Assembly: GCF_009914755.1 (NCBI RefSeq)
Contig: NC_060942.1
Reading direction: 5' to 3' (one strand)
DNA from: the human T2T-CHM13v2.0 reference genome, Homo sapiens
Length of the DNA stretch: 64,000 nt
The notes beneath the pieces were generated by a model that was not told the DNA's origin, did no database searches, and saw only the letters and a program-made list of their open reading frames with translations. The translations under genes were made by a program, and so were the position numbers. Positions within the stretch are counted from its first letter, which is position 1, and the number at the start of each line of letters is the position of its first letter. This document shows, one piece after another, positions 24,954-37,091 of the stretch.

Positions 24954-27900
24954 TTTTAGACAGCTTTCTACTCCGCCTACTCATGAGGCTTGTGTAGCAA
25001 GCCTATCCTAGCAAAATACAGAGAATTAGTTTTCCAGAATACAGAAAGCTGAAAGGAACCTGGGGTTGCACCTGTTACAATCTCTCATTTTTAAGTGAAA
25101 ACACTGAGTCTCAGAGTAGTAACTTTTCAAGGTCACAAGGAATCAGTGAAGAGTCCAGACAATTCAGTCTTTAACAGATTCTGATGGATATGAGTCACAT
25201 TACTTCAAATATAGTGTCATGTTGACATTTGGAGAAACTGTCTTAGCTCATGTGTTTTAAAGGAATAAAAGAGAAAGAGAAAGAGAGAGAAACGGATATA
25301 GGAATTCATGTGGTAGTGTTCTGAAAACTTAACCAGGGGTCAGCCAAGAAAGGATGAGAGTTATACATTTGGCAAGTAGATTGATTAATGAAACAAAAAA
25401 CAGCACTGTATATTGAACACTTTGTCTAAGTCTGTTTTAAAATTATATATGTATGATGAATGAATAATAAATAATTTTAACTGAGAAAATAGAGACCTCT
25501 AGATTCTCTGATATTCAGTTCATTCATCCATTTATTTTCTTTTTTTTTTTTTTTAGCAAACATTAATCAAATATCTTCTCTTGAAGCCACCATGAAAGAG
25601 CAAAGCTAATCAAGACAGAGTTCCTGTGCTTGAGGAGCTTATATTGGAGCCCAGGAGAACTGGGAACCATTTCTTGTTTAGTACTGTATCCTCTAAAGAG
25701 GAAACAGGGTTTGCTTCATGGAGGACATGATACTTGAGTTGGACATGTGGATATGGTGTGATGTGTGTATATTGGTCTATAGATGAAGGTAGACGGTAGG
25801 GAGAGGGAGTCAATAATTCAGTCAATAATTCAGGTTGGATGTATTTAGAGATTGGCAAGGGAAGTAGTGATAGTTTTTGTAGATATGTTTGGCAGGGTTT
25901 AATTTGTGGGATGGGATTGGCTCAACAGACCAGTTGTCAAAGAGATGTCAGTTGTTTCAGCCAAAGCAGTTAAAATAAGTTAATAAAAGTGCCTCACTTT
26001 GGGAGGGTGTCTTCAACTCTGTAGATGCCATATAGTCTATTGAAGTAATTAAAATATTGAATTAAATATTAAAGCATTGATTTTGAAAGAATCAGACTCA
26101 AGCAAAAAATTCTTTTAGTGCTCTTGAAGAGTTCATGCTTCCCCACAGAAAAAATACCCAAATAACTGGTAGAAACTACTTTACACATTGGAAATTGCTG
26201 ATTTAATAGCTACTAATCATAAACATATGCTGGAATCATAGTGGTTCAGCCAGAGTGCCAGTATTCGGACTTCACATTTAGTAGAGACATACATAGCTCT
26301 TACCCCCAGTGACTCACACTTTCTGTGTTTACCTTGGCTTGTGGTTGGATGATCCAGCTGGGTATCCAGTGTTGTGCACCAAAGGCACATGGGGTAAGCA
26401 GAGGGGGAAGGCTTTAACTCGACACTAATGAAACACTGGCTTGCCTTAGGCATTTTAGTAATTATGTGAATGCAAAAATATTACTAATAACAGAGCATAT
26501 TGTGGAGGCCATCTCAAACCTGGTCATCTGCATTCAAGCTCATGGCCACAGGTGCTGTGGAATGCACCGTTTGCTGTGAAAGTGGTGAAGGAGATCCAGT
26601 TAGAGATTTTCTGCCTTCCTGGAATGACACCACCCCTAGAATAGAAATCTCCACATTCCCAAACAAGATTCAACCTAAATCAACAAATATTCGGTTCAAC
26701 GAACCAGTTACTGCATCAATACCTATTCCGGGAAACTTTTACATCCAGGGTATCTTTACATTTATAGATACCATGACTATATTGTATACCTGGAGAGAGC
26801 TCTCACAGTATTAAGAGTGTTTCTCTGGTACATAGAGATTAGCTTTGAACAAGTATAGGGCAAGTTCAGTATAAAAATAGCACATGGCTAAAATAGGGCC
26901 TGGCTCGAGTGACTGCTGTGTTGGAGGCTGCCATCTGTGTTGTCTCCTTGAATCAGGACACTTCTGGGCAGCATTGCCATGATGGGCAACTTCTGTGGCT
27001 TGGATGTTTCTGGCTGATGTGAGAAAGCTGATGGAGGAGAGGCTGGGAGGACTCTGGGCATACCAGAAAATACCATATGAATAGGATGTTTCTGTTTTCA
27101 GAAGTGAAAAATGTTGGCAATCAACATTTAACAAGGTCAGGGCCCAAGAAGGTACTGTCTTCTAGTCATTTCTCAAGGAAGACAGAGAGGAAACCAAAGT
27201 CTTTCAGTATTTCCCACATGTTTACTGGAAATTATACAAATTGTTGACTAATAGGAAAACAAGGGAAATTAATCCTTTTTTAAACCCTCACATCCACAGT
27301 TTGTGGCCCATTTCCTAAATGGGAGTTTGGTCTGTGTTTCTAGTGCCTTCCTTGCATTCCCCTGTGGCTGTGTGATCTGCACAGGAGACCGTCAGTCACT
27401 AGTCTTGTGTGTCAAGATGGAGGCAAAACATATTTGTTTATGTAAATGTTTATGCATGCAATATGTTTATGCATATTTGCTTATCCTCATTCTAAGGTTA
27501 GAGATAAAGCTTCTAGCACATCTCTGACCAATATAATCATAACAACATTAGACAAAAATGTTTGAGCTAAAAGTCAAAATCATAACATTAGACAAAAATG
27601 TTTGAGCTAAAAGTCAATCAGTGCAAACAAGTGATCTGATCTGTTTGTATGTTATCCATTCAGTAGGCCATAGTATACTAAAAATAGAAATTCAAGAAAG
27701 GCTAGCTAAAATTATAGGTAGCAAATTAATAGCATATCTTATAGGAAAGTTAGAAATGTAAAAGCCAGATATTACTCTCTCTCCTACAAATATTCCTTGG
27801 TAGTATTGTTTGACAAAATGCTGGACTGGAGAGATATTTTCCTTTACCCAGGGTTTTATAGTCTGCTTTGATTGCATATAACCTGTCCAGCAATCAGTTT

Positions 27901-28956
27901 ATAGGACATTTGAGCCCCAAGGACCCATAGAAAACATCTAACCTTATTTTTCAAATGAAGAAGGTGAGATGTTAATCAACTCAAGTCTCCAATGTTCTAA
28001 CATTTCTATACCATTTTTTTAAATGGGAAGATCTCATCATGCTTTTTCACATTGTATTCTTACCATTCCTTCCATATAATATGTGGCATTAGAGTATAGC
28101 ATCACTCTATCCACAGAGCGAGAGATAGCTTATATGTATGCAAAAACAGATTTTTGGGGAATGCTTAGCATCCATAGATTCAGGATTGTACTCTTTCTCA
28201 GGCCTTGGTATAGATGACATATTTAGAGTAGTAATATAATCAGTCTGCCCTTTGAAAAGGAGTATTTTAATGAAAATGAGTGTTCTATTTTAAAATTAAA
28301 AATTAGAACATAATTAATTTTCACTGACAGGTTATTCTCAAATAGTAAAGTGTAGGTAGCTTCAAAAATATACCCTCAGTGTACATTTAAAGTTCAGTGA
28401 GGATTCCAAGAAGGAAAAAGGGGTATCTTCAAAATGGCATTTGTGATGATCTCCAACTCAGTTTTCTTTTCTGGTTCCTTCCTTCTGTCTATTGGACTTT
28501 TCCTTTTGGAGAAGGCAACTTAAACTCCCATGCCTTACTGGGTGCCTACTCTCACGTGTCTCTGGGTCTGTGTGCGTGGTATTAATTGCTAACATCTACT
28601 GAGTGCTTCCTATAAAGCAAGCACTATTCCAAATGCTTTACATGTATTAAAGCCCCTAGGGTTTACTCCTATGAGGTAGGTGTTTTTTTGCTTCTAATTT
28701 TACAGATTTAGAAACTGAGATACAGGGTAACTAATCGGCCCAAGTGAAGTATGGTAATGTCAGCCTAAAACCCAATGCTGCTGCTGTTGCTTTTTAAAAA
28801 TTGTGGTAAAATATACATTCCACAATACAGCTCATGCCTCTTAGCCATCACACTCTGTTCCCTTTCTATACATCCTACTTCCTTTGCCTGAAGAGCCTCT
28901 TCCCCAATCTTCACCTGGTAAGTACTATAGTCCTTGGAGATTGGGTCATATGTTAC

Positions 28957-29325
28957 TGTGTTAGTCTGTTTCCTGTTTCTATAAAAGAATGTCAAAGACT
29001 GGATACTGTATAAAGAAAATAAGTTTGTTTAGCTCATGATTCTAGAGGCTGGGAAGTCCAAGTGCTTGGTGCTGTGTATGGCCAGGGCCTTTGTGCTGTG
29101 TCACAAGATGGTGGAGGACATCACATGGTGAGAGGGAAAGAGTGTGCCAGCTCAGGTCTCTCTTCTTCTTATAAAGCCACAGTCCCATCGTGGAGGCCCA
29201 CCCTGATTACCTTACCTAATCCTAATTACCCTTCTAAGGCTCTACCTCCAAATATCACCAACACATGAATTTGGGGATTAACTTTTCATCACATAAAATT
29301 TAAGGGACATATTTAAAACATAGCA
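28957..29325 (-). mobile_element. MaLR solo LTR (MST family), inserted in an L2
   Basis: tgtgttagtctgttt...gctcatgattctagaggctgggaagtccaag...cttataaagccac...aaaacatagca. Confidence 0.8.
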
Positions 29326-32300
29326 CTTGACATTATCTAGAAAGCCTTCCTTAGTACCTTTTCGTGTTTTCTTCCAATCTGGGTCTAGATTATTTCCTTT
29401 ATGCTACCAGTAAAACCTGGGCCAGTTAGAGCCATAAATTTATTATTTCCAAAGGTAATTATGATGTTACTCCTCTGTAGCTGACCCCTACCCCTGCACT
29501 GGACTGCAGCCTCCCTGAAAGCAGAAGTCAGGGTTTATCTTTCTGATCTCAGTACCTAGCAACGTACCCTAGAAATATTTATGGAATAGAGAGAGGGAGG
29601 CAATGTATGATTTTTTTTAATTGAAAAACAAAATAACTGACTGCTTAAAATTTTTCAGAGAAGACAATTTTTTAAATTTTTCAATGAAACATAGAAAATG
29701 ATACACCAAAGAAACACAGAGAAATGTTAATCTACGTCAGGTTCCACATAGCCAGCTCCTAATATTTTCCCTTTGTCAGATTTTTATCTCTTGTAAAGAA
29801 AAAAAAAAAATCCCAAGAGGTGAAAGAGAAAGGAAATGCTTTTGTTTTTCAACTGTGAAACTGGAGTTTCCATGACCTCATTGTGAGGCCATCGCTCTTC
29901 TTGGAGGTATTAATAATTTGTCTCTTGTTAAAGTGCAGCATCTTAATTTAGGGCTCAGTGACTTAGGATGATTTAGAAGGGATCAGAAAACATAATTTTA
30001 AAGACTGGAAAATGATGGCCATGAGGAATATACATGGAAATTGATATTATTGGAGCTGGAGTATAGAAAGGCAAAATTCTCTGTGCCAATTGCATCAACA
30101 AGAAGAAAATATTGTCCCACTTGTGGGCACATACAAACTGGTTCTCTACGGGGGTGTCCACCCCTAGAGTGAACTGCCAGCCCTGGCAACAGCAGTTGCT
30201 CCCTGCTAGCAGCGTCATAGATCACAAAATAAAATAGTGCTGTCTCTTTGTAATTGTGTAAGCCATAACATTTGCTGTATAATTTTCTTTTCTGATTTAA
30301 CTTGATTTTCTGTCCTTGAAATTTCCTAGGGTTATAAACATAATTGGTGATTGCTAAGACAAGAAGCCAATTTTTCTATTATAAGAAATAGCAAAGTACC
30401 TTCCGTTTTTGAAGCCTTGCTTACAAAACTTAAAAAAAAAAATTCCAGGCATCTGGGAAATTCAAATTCATAAAATAATGTTTAATTAGAAAGTAAAGGA
30501 AGCTACACTTGTAGAACAGAGTAATTTGATTATATTTTAACTATTAAATAATTTTCAAGGTGGTCATTATTATATGCACTTAATTGACATTAGATTATAT
30601 TAAGAATTTAATTTTAGCTCCCTTTACAAATTGGCCAATGCCCATTCACCCTTGGTAGACTAATAAGGTTTCTACTGAGCCGTGTTTTTTATTAATCCTC
30701 ATTGCTACTCTCAGATAAAAGACACGAATAGGGCCAATGGAATTCTTTCCACTATTGAGTTCTATAAACACAATTTCTGGAGCTGTTTCAACAGAATGTG
30801 AGCATTATTATAAATTATTGGGAACTCAGACCCAAATCAAAACAATGAAGCAAAACAGACCTTCCTGCCTGTTCTGATTGCATCACTGTCCTCACAAGTC
30901 AATAAACGTCTAGCGCTTCACTTTAAAATTTCTTACAAGCTTTTTCTTGGTTCTCTTTCTCTAACTTGGTCTCTCACAATCTTTTTGTGTCTAAATTTGA
31001 GATCATTTGTGTCTTCAGTGCAAACCTCATGGAGAATAACAAAGATTCCAGTCTCAGCAAAACCACGAAGTGCTAAATCCACCTCAGCCTCTGCATGAGA
31101 AAGACCATGTCTAAGGAATGCTGTGAATTGGGCTCTGGAAGCTTCTCAGGCTCAAAGTCAGTTCTTGCCTGGGAGTGCTGTGTGACACAGCAGGCTTTTC
31201 CTTCTCTCAGCTTAAGAGTATGGACCAGTGACAGTGAGGCCTTTTGTTCCGCTCAGCACTCTCTGACCACCCCTGGTCACAGTTCAGGAATGCAGAAGTT
31301 TGGGCTTCTAAGAAATTAAGCTAGTATCGTTGCACCAAGTCATGGGTTTATGTTTTTGCTTTATATGTTCATAAGCATTTTATTTGCTTTCATTTTTTAC
31401 CCACTAATTGGCAATACTTTTTTTTTTTCTGTTGTTGCTATAAATACTACGTAGGGGTTTTAATGAAGTATTAATAGACCCTCAAGCTTTTCCTAATAAA
31501 TCAGAGGGTTTTGTATCTTACAGAAATGTTGCTTAGTTGAGTGATTCTGGGTCTAGACTAGATGTAATTTGCGAGGAGGGAGAGAATAAAGGGATTTGTA
31601 ATATTTAGGGACCCAGTTTGAAATGGTACCAATGGATTTATTTTGTATTTTTTTAAGGGAAGAGTTGTTGAAAGAGACTATTAAATAATGTCTGCTTATT
31701 TTCAGGACAATATTGTAATTGCAAAAGCTTAAAGTAGGAAAATTAGTTTGAGATGAGAGCCACTGCTCTTGTCTAAAAAGAAATTTCTTCAAATTAGTCT
31801 TTAAATTTTTTTTGGATATTCCTATTTTATCGAATGCAAAGTGACAATAAGAACAGATACTGTGTTTTCTTGAGATCAAATTGAGATCAACTGTATTTTT
31901 TCTTCTTTGTCTGCTATCTGTGTGTGTGTGATTCACAGAGTTAATGCAATCTTATGATTTACTCTGTAGCATACAAGAAAGTTTCAGTTTATTCTATAAA
32001 TGCAGACCACACTTTGAAGAACATAATATATATAACCTCACATAGTGTGAAATTTGAATTTGATGTTTAAAGATTATTCTTAATAAAGTGGGTATTTTCC
32101 AAATTAAATGAAAAGATAATATTTGGTGAAATTAGATTGAATTGGTTGAGGCATTTTATGTTTGCCACTGTTTTTAAAGTTTGAGTTCTGATGGTCTTCC
32201 AGAGGCATAGCTACTGTATGTTCCGATTCTCTAGTAGCGTTTCATCTTCAAACACTTTACCCCTCGCATACCAATTTTTGTCTTAGTAAATATGGCCTCT

Positions 32301-33249
32301 GCCCATAAGAGACAGAAGAGGTTGCTGAAATTCTTAAAGGAATCTAATTGTAAAGCTGACACACAGAGCCATGCTAACTTTTTGTGACTAGGATTTGCTC
32401 AAATTCTGGTCTGCACTAGCACATTTCTTCTTCAGTATTACATCAATAGCTCTAAAATATATTATACAATTGATTTCTGCAATTATTTCATTTGTTCTTA
32501 AAGTCTACTTATCTCAAATATGACCATTTGCATGAAATAACAAGGTAGCAGGTAGGAAGAATACTGTTTAAAACATTATCGTAGAGTGGAATATATAATT
32601 TATTTTTGGCCATGTGACTCTGCAGCTGTAATTACTTTCCTTAAATCTTTAGTGATATTTACTTCTTTCTATTAAATGTGGTCTTCAGTCCTTATTGCAG
32701 TTTCTTCCAAACGGTACCACAAATCCAACAACTATTATGGCAAACCCATTAATGATATGTCATTATCATCATGAGATTAAACTGTATTTGGATAAGTAGA
32801 GCCATTTAATGTTGTTAAATCGTACTAGAAGAAGGGAATACAGCTCTATACTGGGTATCATAAGCAGGATAAATTTAAATACTAAGATTTTAAGAATCCA
32901 TGCTGGCTAAGAAAGGGAGAGCATTGTCAAAATTCTCAAATCACGGAGTAGGATAGAGTTGGCAGTTGTCTCCCTGATACTAATTCACCGATGGCATGAA
33001 GTAGCTTTCCAGAACTAGTGACCAACTGTGCCCTCCAGCATCCATAATTTGGTGGACTGAGATAAGGGTAAAGTAATGAAACTTAATGCTTCAGGGCATA
33101 TGTAAACTGTTCTTTTGCAGAGATAGGACAGGAATTTTCTCCATTCATTCTGCAGGTCAATTTCCCAAGGATCTTCATAAGTAATATTGTGAAATGAAGC
33201 CCTGGACCTGGGAACCTGAATTTGCCAGCTAAGTTTCCCAAGTAGACTA

Positions 33250-33675
<426 letters not shown>

Positions 33676-34086
33676 TTAATGTGATATGGAAAAAGCCTAG
33701 ATCTCCTAAGGCAAGTGATGAGTCAAAGGCAATATGGGAAACATAACGTGAGAGAGTGAAGTTGAGTAGTGGCTCCTTTCCAAAAAGTGACAATGGAATC
33801 CTTAAGGATATAAATGCCATTAGGGTGGTTATAATAGACTAGAAGGCACTGAAGCAGGAGAGCCAGTGATTTGGCAAAAGGACTAGAGGGAAATGAAGTG
33901 TTTAAAGGCAGGAAGAGGCAGAAAAAGGAGAAACGGGGAAAAGCATTGTCAAGCTCATGATGGTCAGAACAATTGATTTTAGGATGAGGAAATGAAAGCA
34001 TCAGAATTATTAAAACCATATGAAAACCAGTAATTATTTAAATTATTAAATTGACTTGTGCCAGTTGCACTGGTTGTGCCTAAGTA

Positions 34087-34208
34087 AGACAACTGTATAT
34101 TTTATTATTCAAAATGAGACAATTTTGAGAGTGAACTTAACAATTATGCCTGGACAGCAGGTATAACCTGGGGTTTTCTGAGCAAACCAGAACATGTGGT
34201 CATCTTAT
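34087..34208 (-). mobile_element. MER81-like (hAT-Blackjack) fossil
   Basis: gacaattttgagagtgaa...aattatgcctggacagcaggtataacctgggg...gcaaaccagaacatgtggtcatct. Confidence 0.55.
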
Positions 34209-34469
34209 GCCTGAGTCCAAATACCATAAAATGTAGTATTCTATGTTTTCTAATGAGTATCATTGCTGACCAGCATTTGAGCAATTTCTTTTATATCAAT
34301 AAACACCAAAATATCAATTAAATCAATATATAGGTCTCAAATATTTTGGTTCATATATAGAATCACAAAAGAATCAGGGCATTTTGGTTATAAGTCACTG
34401 TTATTTCACTTTCAGTCTCATCAGTATTGAAATAATCAACTCCGTTAGCTTTGAAAGAAACAAATCTAT

Positions 34470-34700
34470 GGGGAAGGGTAGGAGTCCTTGGAGCCAGACT
34501 GTTGGATTGGGATCCTGGCTCTTCTACTGACTGTGGGAACTTGGGCAGGTTATTTAGCCACAGTGGCTGTTTCCTCCCTGGGGATAGTAATAGTATTAAT
34601 CTCACAGATTTATTGTGAGAATTAAAAACATTAAGTAAAGACCTTAGAATGATGACTGCAATATAGATCTATGGAAGAGCCAACTATTCTTTTATTATAT
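34470..34700 (+). mobile_element. MIR
   Basis: ttggagccagactgttggattgggatcctggctct...ttgggcaggttatttagcc. Confidence 0.7.
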
Positions 34701-35028
34701 TCTCAGGGCGCACTGTTCTTTTTTTGCACAGTCCTTTGAATGATCATTTCCTGTCCTCTTTCCCTTCCCTCTCTTCCTATTCCATCTCCATCCCTTTCAG
34801 GTGTAAAAATCCAAATTGAATAAGGAAAGTAACTCTCACAGAAATAACGTATCAGAAAATATCCTTTCTACTTCAGCTTATGTTAGAAGAATAAGATACC
34901 ACATAGAAGGGGGATCTTCCAAACCTAATAAATGTGGAGGTTGATTTCTTAATATACAAATTATTGATCATGATGATTTAATCAAAACTGAAGGATTCAT
35001 TTACATTGAAAAAATGTTTGTTATTTGG

Positions 35029-35554
35029 TGTATAGTCAGGGTTTTCTAGAAGGACAGAACGAATAGGATATATGTATATATGAAAGGGAGTTTATTAAGG
35101 AGAATTGACTCACACAATCACAAGGTGAAGTACCATGAGGAGCAAGGAAGGCAGTAGTGGCTCAGTCCGAGCCCAAAATCTCAAAAGTAGGGAAGCCGAC
35201 AGTGCAGCCTTCAGTCTTTGGCCAAAGTCTGAGAGCCACTGGTGTGAGTCCAAGAGTCCAAAAGCCAAAGAACTTGGAATCTAACGTTCAAGGGCAGGAA
35301 GCATCCAGCATGGGAGAAAGATGAAGACCACAAGACTCTGCAAGTCCACTGCTCCCACCTTCTTCTGCCTGCTTTATGCTAGCTGCGCTGGCAGTTGATT
35401 GGATGGTGCCCACCCACGTTGAGGGTGGGTCTGCCTCTTTCAGTCCACTGACTCAAATCTTAATCTCTTTTGGCAACACCCTCACAGACGCACCAGGAAA
35501 AATACTTTGCATCCTTCAATCCTATCAAGTTGACACTTAATATTAACCATCACA
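35029..35554 (-). mobile_element. ERVL solo LTR MLT2A (MLT2A2-like)
   Basis: TG...CA termini (tgtatagtcagggttttctaga ... tattaaccatcaca), internal ctcaaaagtagggaagccgacagtgcagccttcagtc, and a 5-bp TSD tttgg/cttgg. Confidence 0.88.
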
Positions 35555-36809
35555 CTTGGGTCTTGACAGTAAAGAGCATTACTTAAAAAATCAAGAAAAT
35601 ACTCTTTCTAACCGTTTGCAAAGAATATGACCTGCTTAATAGTTATCACAAATGGCAAACAGCAGTATTTTTTGGAAACATGGAAACTGGTTAGTGTAAT
35701 AAGCCATTATTTCACATGGTGAAGTTTGGAAAACAGGAGAAAACCCTATTAGACATTCGCAGAGATATGTAGGAAAATAGGGGGCAGGGCAGTGTTTAGA
35801 GAAAGAAGGGAAACAAATGAAATAAAGCAAAAGAACCAAAATGTCTCTAGAAAGATGGGTCAGAGGCAGAGATAAATGAGAACAGAAGCTTGACCAGCTT
35901 TACATATTGAAAGGAACGTATCTGAAGTAGGAATTCTAGGAACATACCGACGATTAATACAAAGCCAGGATTTTACAGTCATTATGATGTTACTTTCTTA
36001 GAGAAATAAAATCCATACAGATTTGGTAAAAGGAGCATTTGAAGTCGTGGTCAATGTTCTAGCTTACCTATCCTATTGAATTAAGAATTAAGCAGTGACA
36101 AGTGTATATATGTTTCCAAAATTTTGTTATCTCTTTCTCCCTATGTCCTCCTCTCCATCATTGCAAAGTTAATGGGACGTGTGACATCAAAGACACAGAA
36201 ACAGACCAAATATCCAGTGTTTTCAGCAACTTTGGTAAATTCTTTAAAAATCTGGTGGAGTCAAGGGTCTTTCCAGCATCCAGTAGAATAAAGCATTGAA
36301 CACAGAGTTAGTTGTTCAAGGCACACAAGCAGGAGTATGGATCAAGCTCACACAGCACTGCCCCAGAAGATAAATGAGCTCTGCCCTTAGATTATCTGCC
36401 CAGTCAAAAGACAGCATGGTTTCCCTGAGACTTGGCCTCAGCATTCCTAAGCCGAGCTATAAATTTTTGGCTCTGAGAGCCATTTTCCAAGTACCACTAA
36501 GTCCTTTTTTGTGCTGTATTAAATAGCTATTTCCCAAGTTTATTGGTGAAAGGTTTGGGAAACAAACTGATGCCTGAGGAATTCTTTTGACCTGTGTCAC
36601 TGCATGGAGTTGTAGGTTTGCTAGCAATATTATTTAGGATAATCCAAGTGAGAAATTCCTGTGGCAAACATACTATAATAAAACCATCAGATGAGCAATG
36701 GGTGAGGGGCCGGGGAACTTGTTAAAAGCCGTAAAGCATAACTAAGACTGTCCTTTTTTGCTTCGGTTTAGGGCAGAGATTCTGCTCTGGAGTCTGGTGC
36801 TTGCTTGTC

Positions 36810-37091
36810 TTTTTTTTTTTTGAAACAAAGTCGCTCAGGCGAGTGCGGTGGCATGATCTCGGCTCACTGAAACTTCTGCCTCCCGAGTTCAAATGATTCT
36901 CCAGCTGCAGCCTCCCGAGTAGCTGGGATTGCAAGCACGCACCACTAAGCCTGGCTAATTTTCGTAATTTTAGCAGAGATGGGGTGTCTCCATGTTAGCC
37001 AGGCTGGTCTCGAACTCCTGACCTCGGGTGATCCGCCCACCTCGGCTTCCCAAAGTGCTGGGATTACAGGCGTGAGCCACTTTGCCCAGCC
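36810..37091 (-). mobile_element. AluS with small right-arm deletions
   Basis: Reverse Alu; TSD cttgcttgtcttt on both sides. Confidence 0.93.
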
